Below the pieces are notes generated by a model that was not told where the DNA came from, ran no database searches, and worked only from the letters and a program-made list of their open reading frames with translations. A DNA stretch of 64,000 bases from a virus, in IMG/VR virus record IMGVR_UViG_3300008108_000323, positions 2,820 through 66,819 of that record. The stretch is one strand, 5' to 3'. Positions 25,931 through 34,638 of this stretch are shown one piece after another. A program made the position numbers and the translations under genes. Within the stretch, counting starts at the first letter, position 1. Each line of letters starts with the position of its first letter.

Positions 25931-27755
25931 CTTCAACCCAAACCTTGACCGCTTTACCATTTACCATTTGAATAGTAGGGATCTTCTTGGCCACTAACTC
26001 TGGCCCACGATCCCTTTTATTTTTCTCCAGAATCTGCTTGTGCTGAATTTCACACGATACCATGGCATCAATAATATCCGTGTTGTCTACGAGATAGTTC
26101 TTCGCTTCGTCGATAATTTCCTGAAAGTAAATCTCCATCCAGAATTTTCTCAAGTAGTCGATGATCAAAGCATTGCCTCGCTGTCCAGTTTCATCGCCTT
26201 TGTACCAACCATAGGTTCTATCTCCGGCATTGAATGCTTTACCCAGCAGGGTAGGACGATAAGCCAGTAAGTCTTGACGGTTCAACTGTCTGTACTGGTC
26301 TAGAATAACACCCCCTCGGTTCACCTCAATATTCACCTTTGCCTTTCCGAAATAATCCTGCATGAGAATTGTGTTGTGCATGATTACATCTGGGTCCAAC
26401 GCACGTTCCTTGTAGATCGCTACGTACCTATTTGTATCTGCATCTTTGATCGCAGTGCAATTGTCCGAACCATCATTCAGTTTATTGGAAACAAATGGGA
26501 TTGGGTCCATGCCGGCAATATAGTTGTGCTCTGGGTTGTAGCGTTCAAGCATCAAAATCTTACCTTTCGGGTTTGGTTTGACTTCGATTTTTCCATCTAC
26601 ATTCTTGATCAAGTCACACCGTTCGATTGGTGGTGGGTTACCAAGCAAAATCCTTTCTCTCTCTACCAACTTTGACATTACGTCCTGAGGTAATGCACCT
26701 TTGGCGTTTGCAGTAAACACTTCTTGAATAGTGAGTGGATACTGCTTTATAAATGACTCCAGATACTTCTTGTCCTCTAGTTTGTCCAAGTTCTCTCTGG
26801 TCTTCATTACCCATTCTGTAGCAGCTTTTTCATCGCTGTGTCCATTGGGACAGAAGTTTAATATCTTACCTGTCTCTCTACCTTTCTCATCGAGTTCTGG
26901 TGCTTTCTGAATCCCCATCCAACCGGGTAGAAAAACAGTAAGCATCTTGATGATCTCCGCATTTTTCCAAAGCTCAGCGCCTTTCTTCTGACCTTCTACA
27001 GATGATTCACCCGCACTACCCCCCATGACAATGGGAGCAACTTTGATGAAACCATCTTTGGTAGAAGCCTGAGCTGAACGATAAACCTTGTCAGCGTAAG
27101 GATGCAGAAAGAACTCATCGAGGAATACATGCATCGCACGAAACGCTTCCAGAGAAGTAGGTTGTTCAACTGTATCACGAGTTACTATCTTCGAGTCCAA
27201 CCCACTGATCTTACCAGTTGCTTTGTCCAGTTTACCCATGTGCAGGTAACCAGTCTGTCTTGTTGAGATGATCCCCGGACGATAGTAAGAATCAATTCCG
27301 TCAAAGACAACACGAAGTTTGTCCTTGTACATTTCTTCAAGACGAGTTTTATCCGCTGAGGTTAGAAGTGAAGTGGAACCGGGGTTGGTAAATGCAATCC
27401 AGATTGGAATGACACCGCCGAAAGTTAATGACAAACCTGCTTCACGACGCTTGGTGACCATTAGGTCCCAGAAAGTATTCTTCGCTTCGTGGTATGATCC
27501 GTAGATCAAATCATCAAGGTCCCTCCAGACAGGACGTATTCTTGCACCTGTTGCTGTCTTGATCGTAGCTTGCGTAAGCATGAAGTAGTGAGCAGGAGCT
27601 AAACCAAAACGTCCCTCAAGCCAGTACTGCTCACGTTCCTTCCCCCACCATAAATTTTTTTCTTTAGTGGTTGCGTTTTCGGATAGGCCGTACTTGCGCC
27701 ACCACTTGTCATATTCGAACTTGGGGGCGCTGGGTTTTAGTTTTACTATTTCCAT
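25914..27755 (-). CDS. terL: Terminase large subunit
   Basis: KRREAGLS Walker A variant, FLDE Walker B, GMDP nuclease motif, IEVNRG, DIIDA. Confidence 0.88.
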   Translation of the reverse strand: MEIVKLKPSAPKFEYDKWWRKYGLSENATTKEKNLWWGKEREQYWLEGRFGLAPAHYFMLTQATIKTATGARIRPVWRDLDDLIYGSYHEAKNTFWDLMVTKRREAGLSLTFGGVIPIWIAFTNPGSTSLLTSADKTRLEEMYKDKLRVVFDGIDSYYRPGIISTRQTGYLHMGKLDKATGKISGLDSKIVTRDTVEQPTSLEAFRAMHVFLDEFFLHPYADKVYRSAQASTKDGFIKVAPIVMGGSAGESSVEGQKKGAELWKNAEIIKMLTVFLPGWMGIQKAPELDEKGRETGKILNFCPNGHSDEKAATEWVMKTRENLDKLEDKKYLESFIKQYPLTIQEVFTANAKGALPQDVMSKLVERERILLGNPPPIERCDLIKNVDGKIEVKPNPKGKILMLERYNPEHNYIAGMDPIPFVSNKLNDGSDNCTAIKDADTNRYVAIYKERALDPDVIMHNTILMQDYFGKAKVNIEVNRGGVILDQYRQLNRQDLLAYRPTLLGKAFNAGDRTYGWYKGDETGQRGNALIIDYLRKFWMEIYFQEIIDEAKNYLVDNTDIIDAMVSCEIQHKQILEKNKRDRGPELVAKKIPTIQMVNGKAVKVWVEVKLQK

Positions 27756-27757
27756 TT

Positions 27758-28072
27758 TTACCTATCGGCTAAAGGAGTATCGTCTTCTTCTTCCTGTGCT
27801 GGATCCTTCTGAGCAGGGTACGCCTCAAGCAACGCAAGCTTCAGGCTCTTGTTGATCTTATCACCGGCCTGAAGAATCTGGAATAGGGCTTTAAAATAGG
27901 GATCGTCTAGATCAAGAGTTTTAGATTTGACACCGTCCATCAACTGCTTGGAAGCAGATACTAGCGTAGCATAGAAGTCTTTGGCAGGATCAAACATTTG
28001 AGCCTGTAGTCTTTCAATTGCATCCTCTTCGGAAATGCCTTCATCCTTTAGGAACTTCTTGAGTTTCTCCAT
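27758..28072 (-). CDS. Possible terminase small subunit
   Basis: Helical 104-aa protein immediately upstream of terL; positional inference only. Confidence 0.35.
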   Translation of the reverse strand: MEKLKKFLKDEGISEEDAIERLQAQMFDPAKDFYATLVSASKQLMDGVKSKTLDLDDPYFKALFQILQAGDKINKSLKLALLEAYPAQKDPAQEEEDDTPLADR

Positions 28073-28223
28073 TTTTCAAATCTTTTAGGATTCGCTTCTG
28101 ATTTTCGATTTCCTTCTGAACCTTGTTGGCTTCAATAGGATTGTGTTGGCCAGAATAATATTCATGCCAAGAGATTAGCTCTTCGAGTTTTTTAAAAGCT
28201 AATTCAAGTTCCTTTCTGCTCAT
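28041..28223 (-). CDS. Small coiled-coil protein
   Basis: ORF in operon. Confidence 0.5.
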   Translation of the reverse strand: MSRKELELAFKKLEELISWHEYYSGQHNPIEANKVQKEIENQKRILKDLKNGETQEVPKG

Positions 28224-28482
28224 TGTGTTGAATCATTTTTTCGAGATACCATCGTGCTTTTTTCAAATCCTCAATGCCGTTCTTGCTTTCGCACCGCCAA
28301 ATATACTTAATTATGTTCGCAGTACAAACAGCATCGAGTCCATTTTTGTGGACAGTGGCAGATTCAATTGCATCAATGCATTCAACTTTGCCTTGATTAT
28401 AATGAGATGGGTGGTTAACGTTGTCGTTTATCTTCTCCTCAGAAGGAAGCCCACGACTAGGCCGACTATCAAAGTAATCCAT
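28204..28482 (-). CDS. DUF3310 protein (T7 gp1.7-like nucleotide kinase)
   Basis: DNVNHPSHY, ECIDAI, NIIKYIWR, KNGIEDLKKARWYL. Confidence 0.88.
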   Translation of the reverse strand: MDYFDSRPSRGLPSEEKINDNVNHPSHYNQGKVECIDAIESATVHKNGLDAVCTANIIKYIWRCESKNGIEDLKKARWYLEKMIQHNEQKGT

Positions 28483-28847
28483 ATGTAATTGTAATTTGTT
28501 TTTTCAACTGTGACTACTTTCCCGGGGACTTTTACTTCAAAAGGAACTGTATCTCTGACAGTAATTTCTTTAGGTTTTACTGTGAGCCAAACTCGATCAC
28601 CTTTTTTGTAGATGAATACTTCTTTTGTTTCGTAGGCTGTGTCGTGCTTGAATATAAATGAATCTTTATATTCTGGAACCCGAATCTTCACGTCCTTGAT
28701 AATGGTATCGGTTACTGTAACAGTATCGATCTGAACAAACTCAGGGTGTTTCTTCACCAGTCTTTTGTAACGGTCTTGAGCAGAACAACTGGTTAGAAGT
28801 GTTGTTAAGATAAAAGCTCCAATCAAAGAAAGAAGGATTATCCGCAT
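28428..28847 (-). CDS. Lipoprotein with C-terminal TM; candidate unimolecular spanin
   Basis: Signal peptide with lipobox LTSC, beta-rich DT repeats, C-terminal hydrophobic helix then RRR. Confidence 0.55.
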   Translation of the reverse strand: MRIILLSLIGAFILTTLLTSCSAQDRYKRLVKKHPEFVQIDTVTVTDTIIKDVKIRVPEYKDSFIFKHDTAYETKEVFIYKKGDRVWLTVKPKEITVRDTVPFEVKVPGKVVTVEKTNYNYIWITLIVGLVVGFLLRRR

Positions 28848-28866
28848 TGCTTTGGGAAAGCTTATG

Positions 28867-29118
28867 TTATTTTTCATCGCTGACAAAGATATTAACTACG
28901 CCCAACTTTCTCAAATAATCAAAGGTGGCCATAAGTTGTTCTCTTGTGTCGCAGGTTGGACAACCGCAGTAATAAGCGTAGCTTTTAAACAGTTCTCCTT
29001 TGGGAGTAACGTAACAACTCTCCTCATTACCCAGCGTCTCTATGCAGTGTTCTATATGTTGAGTCACGAATTTTTGTAATCCCTCAGCTTGATCCAGTGT
29101 TAATTGTACTTTTATCAT
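28867..29118 (-). CDS. Small Cys-rich hypothetical protein
   Basis: YCGCPTC motif. Confidence 0.55.
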   Translation of the reverse strand: MIKVQLTLDQAEGLQKFVTQHIEHCIETLGNEESCYVTPKGELFKSYAYYCGCPTCDTREQLMATFDYLRKLGVVNIFVSDEK

Positions 29119-29226
29119 AACCCAAAAATAGTATTTATTTTTTACGCTTGTTTACTAGCCACTCTAATAATATCCACAGCACTAGAGTCCAGAACAGGCC
29201 AGCACCAACTGCAACTACGATTTCCA

Positions 29227-29616
29227 TCATTTTCTGAACTTAGCAACTTTCTTGGCAATGCTCTTTGGTTGAGCCACAAACTGTTTTCCCTTTGCGTTTC
29301 CTTGTGCCTTTGCTTTATTCGTCGCTGCTTTCTCACCGGGGGATAGAGATTTCCATGCTGAATCAGGCAAGTATCTCTTCTTACCTTTCGAAGGAGAACC
29401 GTCGGATGTTCTCCATTTTTGATCTGACCACTTCTTGAGAGAGTTGTCTGAACTCTTTGGGCCTACGTATCCACCGCCAGATTTCTTATAGCGCTGTGTT
29501 GCAATCTGAGCTTTGCGAGCTGACCATTCCCCGGGATCGCCACCTTTGCTACCAGCTTTTACACTGGCAACAATGGCTTTCCATTTACTTGGGTTTGTTT
29601 TTTTGGCGGTGCTCAT
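29227..29616 (-). CDS. Basic protein, DUF5872-like
   Basis: GSKGGDPGEWSARKAQ...YKKSGGGY...SLKKW...RYLP motifs. Confidence 0.7.
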   Translation of the reverse strand: MSTAKKTNPSKWKAIVASVKAGSKGGDPGEWSARKAQIATQRYKKSGGGYVGPKSSDNSLKKWSDQKWRTSDGSPSKGKKRYLPDSAWKSLSPGEKAATNKAKAQGNAKGKQFVAQPKSIAKKVAKFRK

Positions 29617-29753
29617 CCTTGACCTCTGTAAGGCTTCACATAGTTTTTGGAATCCTTAGACTTACTTGTTTTTGTCTTAGCGTGAACCCCGGGCCTAGAA
29701 ACCTTTGGTTTGGCCTTCCAAGAAGAAGCTGTAGTTGTTTTTGCCTTAGCCAT
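29613..29753 (-). CDS. 46-aa basic peptide ending YRGQG (not in ORF track)
   Basis: MAKAKTTTASSWKAKPKVSRPGVHAKTKTSKSKDSKNYVKPYRGQG; start and stop overlap both neighbours. Confidence 0.75.
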   Translation of the reverse strand: MAKAKTTTASSWKAKPKVSRPGVHAKTKTSKSKDSKNYVKPYRGQG

Positions 29754-29974
29754 TATTTCATTTTTGGTTTAGGCTTGGTCTTAGGTTTAGCCATTTTTGC
29801 CTCAGGACCCATGACGATACTTTGAATCTTGCTCATGGATTTCTTCACTTCACCCATTAGCTTTTTATCGCTACGGATAGTTTCTGCTCTCTGAAGAGTA
29901 CGAACTGCATCTTCAATTTCCCATTGTCTCTCCATTGGAGATTTTCTAGGAGTGGATAATTTTGGTTTAGCCAT
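29753..29974 (-). CDS. Small basic protein
   Basis: WEIEDAVRTLQRAE; Lys/Pro-rich tail. Confidence 0.65.
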   Translation of the reverse strand: MAKPKLSTPRKSPMERQWEIEDAVRTLQRAETIRSDKKLMGEVKKSMSKIQSIVMGPEAKMAKPKTKPKPKMK

Positions 29975-30345
29975 TATTTCATTTTGTCTTGTATCTTCTG
30001 GGCGGTAACATCATTTTTCATCATGATGTTACCTTCCCATCGATGGATTAATTTTGATCCCTTGTATAAAGTTACACAGGGAAGTTTGCAGTGGACTTTA
30101 GGATTGTTCGTCACATCTTCATAAACATAGGTGCAGTTTGGAATTTTATCAAGCCCAGTAACAGTGTTCTGCTTGTTCCACTCAGCATTCTGCTGTATCA
30201 ATTTGTAGGCAACTGATTTCTCTGCCTTCAATTTTTTAGCTTTGTGGTCCTTGTCTATGAAAGGTTGGGAAACAAAAACGCCAAATCCCCATCCAGCGAC
30301 AGCTGCGATGAGGAGTTTGCTTGCGATAGTAGCTGTGACTTTCAT
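29974..30345 (-). CDS. Secreted thioredoxin-like fold protein without CxxC
   Basis: Signal sequence; QNAEWN...LPCVTLYKG...RWEG. Confidence 0.45.
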   Translation of the reverse strand: MKVTATIASKLLIAAVAGWGFGVFVSQPFIDKDHKAKKLKAEKSVAYKLIQQNAEWNKQNTVTGLDKIPNCTYVYEDVTNNPKVHCKLPCVTLYKGSKLIHRWEGNIMMKNDVTAQKIQDKMK

Positions 30346-30626
30346 TACTTTTGATCGTAAACTCTGTCTTCTAGCTTCTTGATGCTTTCCTTGATATCAG
30401 TAACGTCCTTTTGAGTTGTTAGGATTGCTTCTCTGATTAGCTCATCTTTCAACTTAAATTCTACTTCTGAAACCGGAGGCTTCGGAAGTAGCTTGGCTTC
30501 TTCAATGTCTTGCTTTAGTGTGTAGTAAACCCCCAAAAGAGACATGATACCGCCGATAATGGCCACCAGCATCTGCGTACTGAACTGCCATTTGCTGTCC
30601 TGATTTATTTCAATCTGGTCGCTCAC
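30345..30626 (-). CDS. Single-TM coiled-coil protein (lysis-associated candidate)
   Basis: One TM followed by a coiled coil. Confidence 0.55.
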   Translation of the reverse strand: MSDQIEINQDSKWQFSTQMLVAIIGGIMSLLGVYYTLKQDIEEAKLLPKPPVSEVEFKLKDELIREAILTTQKDVTDIKESIKKLEDRVYDQK

Positions 30627-30844
30627 TTCTTCTTAGGCTTTTTGGTTAAGTTTTTCCACATGCTTTTTGCAGCAGTGGCTTTGCCAATTTCCTTAGCTTT
30701 AGCAGGTGACATTCCTTTTTTCTCGTAAGAAGCAGCAACTTTACTGGCCACGGTTTTGAACTCCTTGCCTTTACCTTGGAGATCAACTCCTGCTCTTGCT
30801 TTCTTAACGATTGCAGAACGCTGTTTCTTAGTTCCGTATGGCAT
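30623..30844 (-). CDS. Small basic protein
   Basis: Lys/Ala-rich ORF. Confidence 0.65.
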   Translation of the reverse strand: MPYGTKKQRSAIVKKARAGVDLQGKGKEFKTVASKVAASYEKKGMSPAKAKEIGKATAAKSMWKNLTKKPKKK

Positions 30845-30845
30845 G

Positions 30846-31163
30846 TTACTTGAATCTTTTAACTTCTTTGTACTTGCCGATACCGCTACCGGCCATACCC
30901 TTACCTTTAACTACGGTCTTTTTGGTAAGGCCACCTTTGGTCACAGTTTTTGTTTTTTCCTTAACCATCACATCTTTTCCGTCAACGGTGCGAGATGCCA
31001 TACCTTTGGTCTTTACTACCTTTCTTCCGGGTTTTGGTGTAGAAGTAGAGGATTTGTAAGACTTGCCTTCTGGCATTTGGCCAGCGTACTCGGCAACTTT
31101 TTTAACAGCTGCTTTTAATTTAGCCTTTCCGGGCTTCATTAGTGATTTTATTTCTCTTGGCAT
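30846..31163 (-). CDS. Lys-rich basic protein
   Basis: KKVAEYAG motif shared with the adjacent gene. Confidence 0.65.
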   Translation of the reverse strand: MPREIKSLMKPGKAKLKAAVKKVAEYAGQMPEGKSYKSSTSTPKPGRKVVKTKGMASRTVDGKDVMVKEKTKTVTKGGLTKKTVVKGKGMAGSGIGKYKEVKRFK

Positions 31164-31168
31164 GACTA

Positions 31169-31438
31169 TTACTTTTTCTTTTGCTTTATTTTTGTGATGG
31201 TCTTCTTCATCTTCAAAGGCTCGATGGTTTTTGTCATCATCTTCTTTTTCGGACCAAGTTCCAACTTAGCGCTTTTTGGTTTTGGCTGCGATTTAGCGTA
31301 CATGGATTTTTCTTTCATCTCCATTGCTTTACCTTCTTTCTTTTCGTGTTTCATCTCAGCCTTTTTAGAAGAGTACTTCTCCATACCACCGTACTCAGAA
31401 ACTTTCTTACCGACGGCTTTTTTCATTGGATTTTTCAT
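31169..31438 (-). CDS. Lys/Met-rich basic protein
   Basis: KKVSEYGG...EMKHEKKE. Confidence 0.65.
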   Translation of the reverse strand: MKNPMKKAVGKKVSEYGGMEKYSSKKAEMKHEKKEGKAMEMKEKSMYAKSQPKPKSAKLELGPKKKMMTKTIEPLKMKKTITKIKQKKK

Positions 31439-31458
31439 GAATCAAATATAATTATTTT

Positions 31459-31695
31459 TTAACCACTCATTTTGCCCTTGGCGATATTTTTAGCGTGACG
31501 AGATTCAAATGCTTTGCGCTGACCAACAGTTTGGTTTGTTTTAACGCCTTGTTGACCAAAGCGAATTGTCTTTACTTGATCTCCCTCTTTAGCCACAACG
31601 ATGTGACTCTTCTTTGGGTGTCCGGGTGTAGCTTTAGGTTTGTTGTAACCTGAAACCCCAGCTCTACTCAGCCGGCTGTCCTTCTTGATTGGCAT
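31459..31695 (-). CDS. Conserved small basic phage protein (KTIRFGQQG family)
   Basis: GVSGYNKPK, HPKKSHIVVAK, KTIRFGQQG, FESRH. Confidence 0.7.
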   Translation of the reverse strand: MPIKKDSRLSRAGVSGYNKPKATPGHPKKSHIVVAKEGDQVKTIRFGQQGVKTNQTVGQRKAFESRHAKNIAKGKMSG

Positions 31696-31888
31696 TTTTT
31701 CTTGCGAATTTTTCTATAACCGTACCAAGACCATAAGCAATTGCAATGTATTCAAGTGCTTCCAGTCCGCGATCACTTTTATTTGCGAAGGTGTAAACCG
31801 CTACGCAAACCACAGCAAAAAAGGATATTACACGCTTGTGTGATACCCCTTCGCTGCTTGAGAACATATCTAAAAAGAAACTTTTCAT
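31664..31888 (-). CDS. Putative holin
   Basis: SHKRVI motif followed by two TM helices and EKF. Confidence 0.55.
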   Translation of the reverse strand: MKSFFLDMFSSSEGVSHKRVISFFAVVCVAVYTFANKSDRGLEALEYIAIAYGLGTVIEKFARKNANQEGQPAE

Positions 31889-31936
31889 TGTCAGTAGTCA
31901 CCTATTTTAACTAGGTGCTATTTTCAAAAGTAATTT

Positions 31937-32206
31937 TTATTTATCACTAAAACAAGCCAAAGCTTGAGCCTTCACCAAAATGGTCAAGTCGTGGTGTTCT
32001 CTGATAAAAACCTTGAGGGTTTCGGTATCAGATTGATCTAACTCCAACGCATTGCCAGCGTAAAGTGCTTGGGCCCAGCCGAAATATTTTAGTACATCCC
32101 CCTTTGGGGTGTTCACCAACATTTGGGCAACTAGTTTTCCAATGTTTGAGTTTGTTAACTCTTCACCATCCAAACCAAGGATGGGCATGTTCATATCGAT
32201 TCTCAT
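31937..32206 (-). CDS. Hypothetical protein (tail-fibre associated)
   Basis: ORF after the fibre module. Confidence 0.6.
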   Translation of the reverse strand: MRIDMNMPILGLDGEELTNSNIGKLVAQMLVNTPKGDVLKYFGWAQALYAGNALELDQSDTETLKVFIREHHDLTILVKAQALACFSDK

Positions 32207-32493
32207 ATTTTAGTAAGGTTTAATTCGTTCAGAACCCATTCAATTGCGTAACTCTCGTCTGATTCCCACAGGGCATATTCGCTTTCTTCCATTTCCAAAT
32301 CGCCATCCATTAAAACTGCACCTGCTGTTTTTGTAGGTTGCTCGTCTGATTCATCTGCTGGAATGATTAATTCTGAATGAAGGGCCCAACGAAAAACAGG
32401 AGATACGTCAGAAAGTGGAGGATTCAAAAGCGATACACTCAAATACTTTGCTACACCCTTTGTTGGAATTTTTACATCTTGAATCTGGATCAT
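32203..32493 (-). CDS. Hypothetical protein (tail-fibre chaperone-like)
   Basis: YALWESDESYAIEWVLNELNL, recalled from small proteins that follow fibre genes. Confidence 0.55.
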   Translation of the reverse strand: MIQIQDVKIPTKGVAKYLSVSLLNPPLSDVSPVFRWALHSELIIPADESDEQPTKTAGAVLMDGDLEMEESEYALWESDESYAIEWVLNELNLTKI

Positions 32494-32535
32494 ACCGACA
32501 AAGTTACAAATTAAATTTTAGATACGCCTGTCGTA

Positions 32536-32916
32536 TTAATTTCGAGTTAGCTTTATCAGATCGGCATCCAAAGCTTTAGATACACCAGTACTTATCGTTC
32601 TTACGTACTCACTGTAAGAAGTCAAACTCTTGAGGTAATCAATCACTGGTACAATATCAGACGGCAGGTTGTTTATATCCAGAGTATCACCATTCATCAT
32701 CACTTCAGTAGTGGTATTGAAATAAGCGTTTATGCTTATGAAACTGGTGTCGTAAGTGTAGTCTTGAATTACAGTATCGACATTGTCTACTGTTTCGTAT
32801 GTTACTACTGTCAAACTTACATATACATATGCAGGTTTCAAATCGATCCGAGTGAGTAGTAAATCTCTTTTAAGTCCTGCCTTCATCGGTAAGGCAAATT
32901 TCTCTATGTATTCCAT
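32536..32916 (-). CDS. Hypothetical protein
   Basis: ORF in the fibre module. Confidence 0.6.
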   Translation of the reverse strand: MEYIEKFALPMKAGLKRDLLLTRIDLKPAYVYVSLTVVTYETVDNVDTVIQDYTYDTSFISINAYFNTTTEVMMNGDTLDINNLPSDIVPVIDYLKSLTSYSEYVRTISTGVSKALDADLIKLTRN

Positions 32917-32938
32917 TTTGTTGTTGGTTTATTTCTAT

Positions 32939-33742
32939 TTATCCCCCTAAGAAAACTTTTCTTCTTCTTGCTACGATTGCAGTAGATTCTAAGCTTACTG
33001 AGGCCCCAGTAAAAGTAATATTACCCGGGGTTACATTCAAGTTTGAAAATCTATTCAGCGCAACAGGTGCTCCAGTAAATGTGACGTTGCCCGGAGTTAC
33101 GTTCAAAGTTATGTTTTTAGTTAACGTAACAGCAGCTCCAGTAAATGTAACATTGCCCGGTGTTACATTTAAGTTTGCAGTTTTAGTTAAAGTAATGGGT
33201 ACTCCAGTAAAACTAATGTTTCCCGGAGTTACATTTAAGTTTGTGTTTCTGCTTAGAGTAACAGGTACTCCAGTAAAAGTTATAAAGCCATTGGTAACAT
33301 CTAAGTCTGTATTTACACTGGCTGTGATGCCTTCTCTATACCTTAGCTTTACGCCTTGATACGTTACTGCAGCCGTGTGAGAATCATAGGCCCTTACTAC
33401 TATCCTTGTGTTGGGTGGTATTTCTACAGGCTCTGGTAAAAATATCGAAGGGGGAGATTTTAAGTAATAACCTACCAGCGTATCGTTTCTATAGCTATAA
33501 GGTATCTGTACTTCTACTACCTCGGAACCCGCTGTACCTATGCCAATTTCTAAGACGATTTGAACGGTAGTGTCTACAGTAGGTACTAAAGTAGGTTGAA
33601 ATGTAATATTCTCAAGATATATAGTCTTAGATACCCCTGCCGACAGTTGAGTCCAAGCGGGAGTACCCCATGCAGCAGTAGTAGAATTTATACTAATGCC
33701 GGCAGAGGTACTCGGTAGACTCAATATATCTAAAGCGGCCAT
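32939..33742 (-). CDS. Virion fibre/decoration protein with five ~21-aa LNVTPGNxTFTGxxVxL repeats
   Basis: Tandem repeats in the C-terminal half; N-domain paralogous to 33746-34177. Confidence 0.65.
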   Translation of the reverse strand: MAALDILSLPSTSAGISINSTTAAWGTPAWTQLSAGVSKTIYLENITFQPTLVPTVDTTVQIVLEIGIGTAGSEVVEVQIPYSYRNDTLVGYYLKSPPSIFLPEPVEIPPNTRIVVRAYDSHTAAVTYQGVKLRYREGITASVNTDLDVTNGFITFTGVPVTLSRNTNLNVTPGNISFTGVPITLTKTANLNVTPGNVTFTGAAVTLTKNITLNVTPGNVTFTGAPVALNRFSNLNVTPGNITFTGASVSLESTAIVARRRKVFLGG

Positions 33743-33745
33743 TTA

Positions 33746-34177
33746 TTATACTATTTGGTATAGTAATTTTATTCCTGTTAGAGTATTGGAGGTTGTTGCT
33801 AAAGAGTATGCAACTCTTACTGAGATTCTTGTATTAGCTGCGATTTGTCTAGGTTCAGGAAAAATGACTATGTTACTGGGAACATAACCCACCAGAGTAT
33901 CACCACGTATACTTGCGGGTATTTGAAGTATTGTTGTCTCAGCACCTGCACCACCTGTGCCTATTTCTATAATCCACTCATAAGTAGTATCCGCTGCTGC
34001 AAGAGGAGTATGCCAACACCAAGTCAAACCCGCTATGAAAAAAGTAGAAGTAATTGTAGATGCAGGGACCAGTTGTGTCCATGCACTCAAACTCCATGCA
34101 GCACCCCCCGAAGAGGCTCTTGAAACACCTGCTGCGAGAGCAGGATATGCCAAATATCTATTCGTTGTGGTTGCCAT
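33746..34177 (-). CDS. Virion beta-sandwich protein
   Basis: Ala/Thr/Ser-rich; paralog of the neighbour's N-domain. Confidence 0.6.
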   Translation of the reverse strand: MATTTNRYLAYPALAAGVSRASSGGAAWSLSAWTQLVPASTITSTFFIAGLTWCWHTPLAAADTTYEWIIEIGTGGAGAETTILQIPASIRGDTLVGYVPSNIVIFPEPRQIAANTRISVRVAYSLATTSNTLTGIKLLYQIV

Positions 34178-34182
34178 TTCTT

Positions 34183-34623
34183 TTAAACTTTAGCTATGAT
34201 ACCAAGGCCGTTAGCGCCGAAGTTTATGGTGAGTGTGTCTGTGTCGGTCAACGTCAAATCTGCACCTAAATCCAACCACCCAATCAGTGGATCTGCTGGA
34301 GAAGTAGGATCATCATCGTAAAACACTACATATCTAAATGCTGCTACACTACCGCCACTTGCAGTAAGTACCAGATCAGTTGCTGTGAGAGGTGCTGAAC
34401 CTGAAACTTGCTCCAGAGTTATACCTGTAACTACCCTACTTGATAAGTTAGTATATGATATCTGAGTTAAGTCTGTCAACAACGCAAAGGTTGCCACAGG
34501 GGGATTTGCTGCAGCGCATAACGCTACGGTTACTGTACATGTTGCATCACTGCTGAAGTCATGAACTCCCTTGCCTACGTTTTCTATGAACTGGTTAAAC
34601 CATTTTAGAGTATCTGCTGCCAT
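34183..34623 (-). CDS. Virion structural protein
   Basis: FRYVVFYDD...DPLIGWLDLG...TLTINFG, recalled from phage tail-associated proteins. Confidence 0.6.
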   Translation of the reverse strand: MAADTLKWFNQFIENVGKGVHDFSSDATCTVTVALCAAANPPVATFALLTDLTQISYTNLSSRVVTGITLEQVSGSAPLTATDLVLTASGGSVAAFRYVVFYDDDPTSPADPLIGWLDLGADLTLTDTDTLTINFGANGLGIIAKV

Positions 34624-34638
34624 TTTTTTATTTATTGA

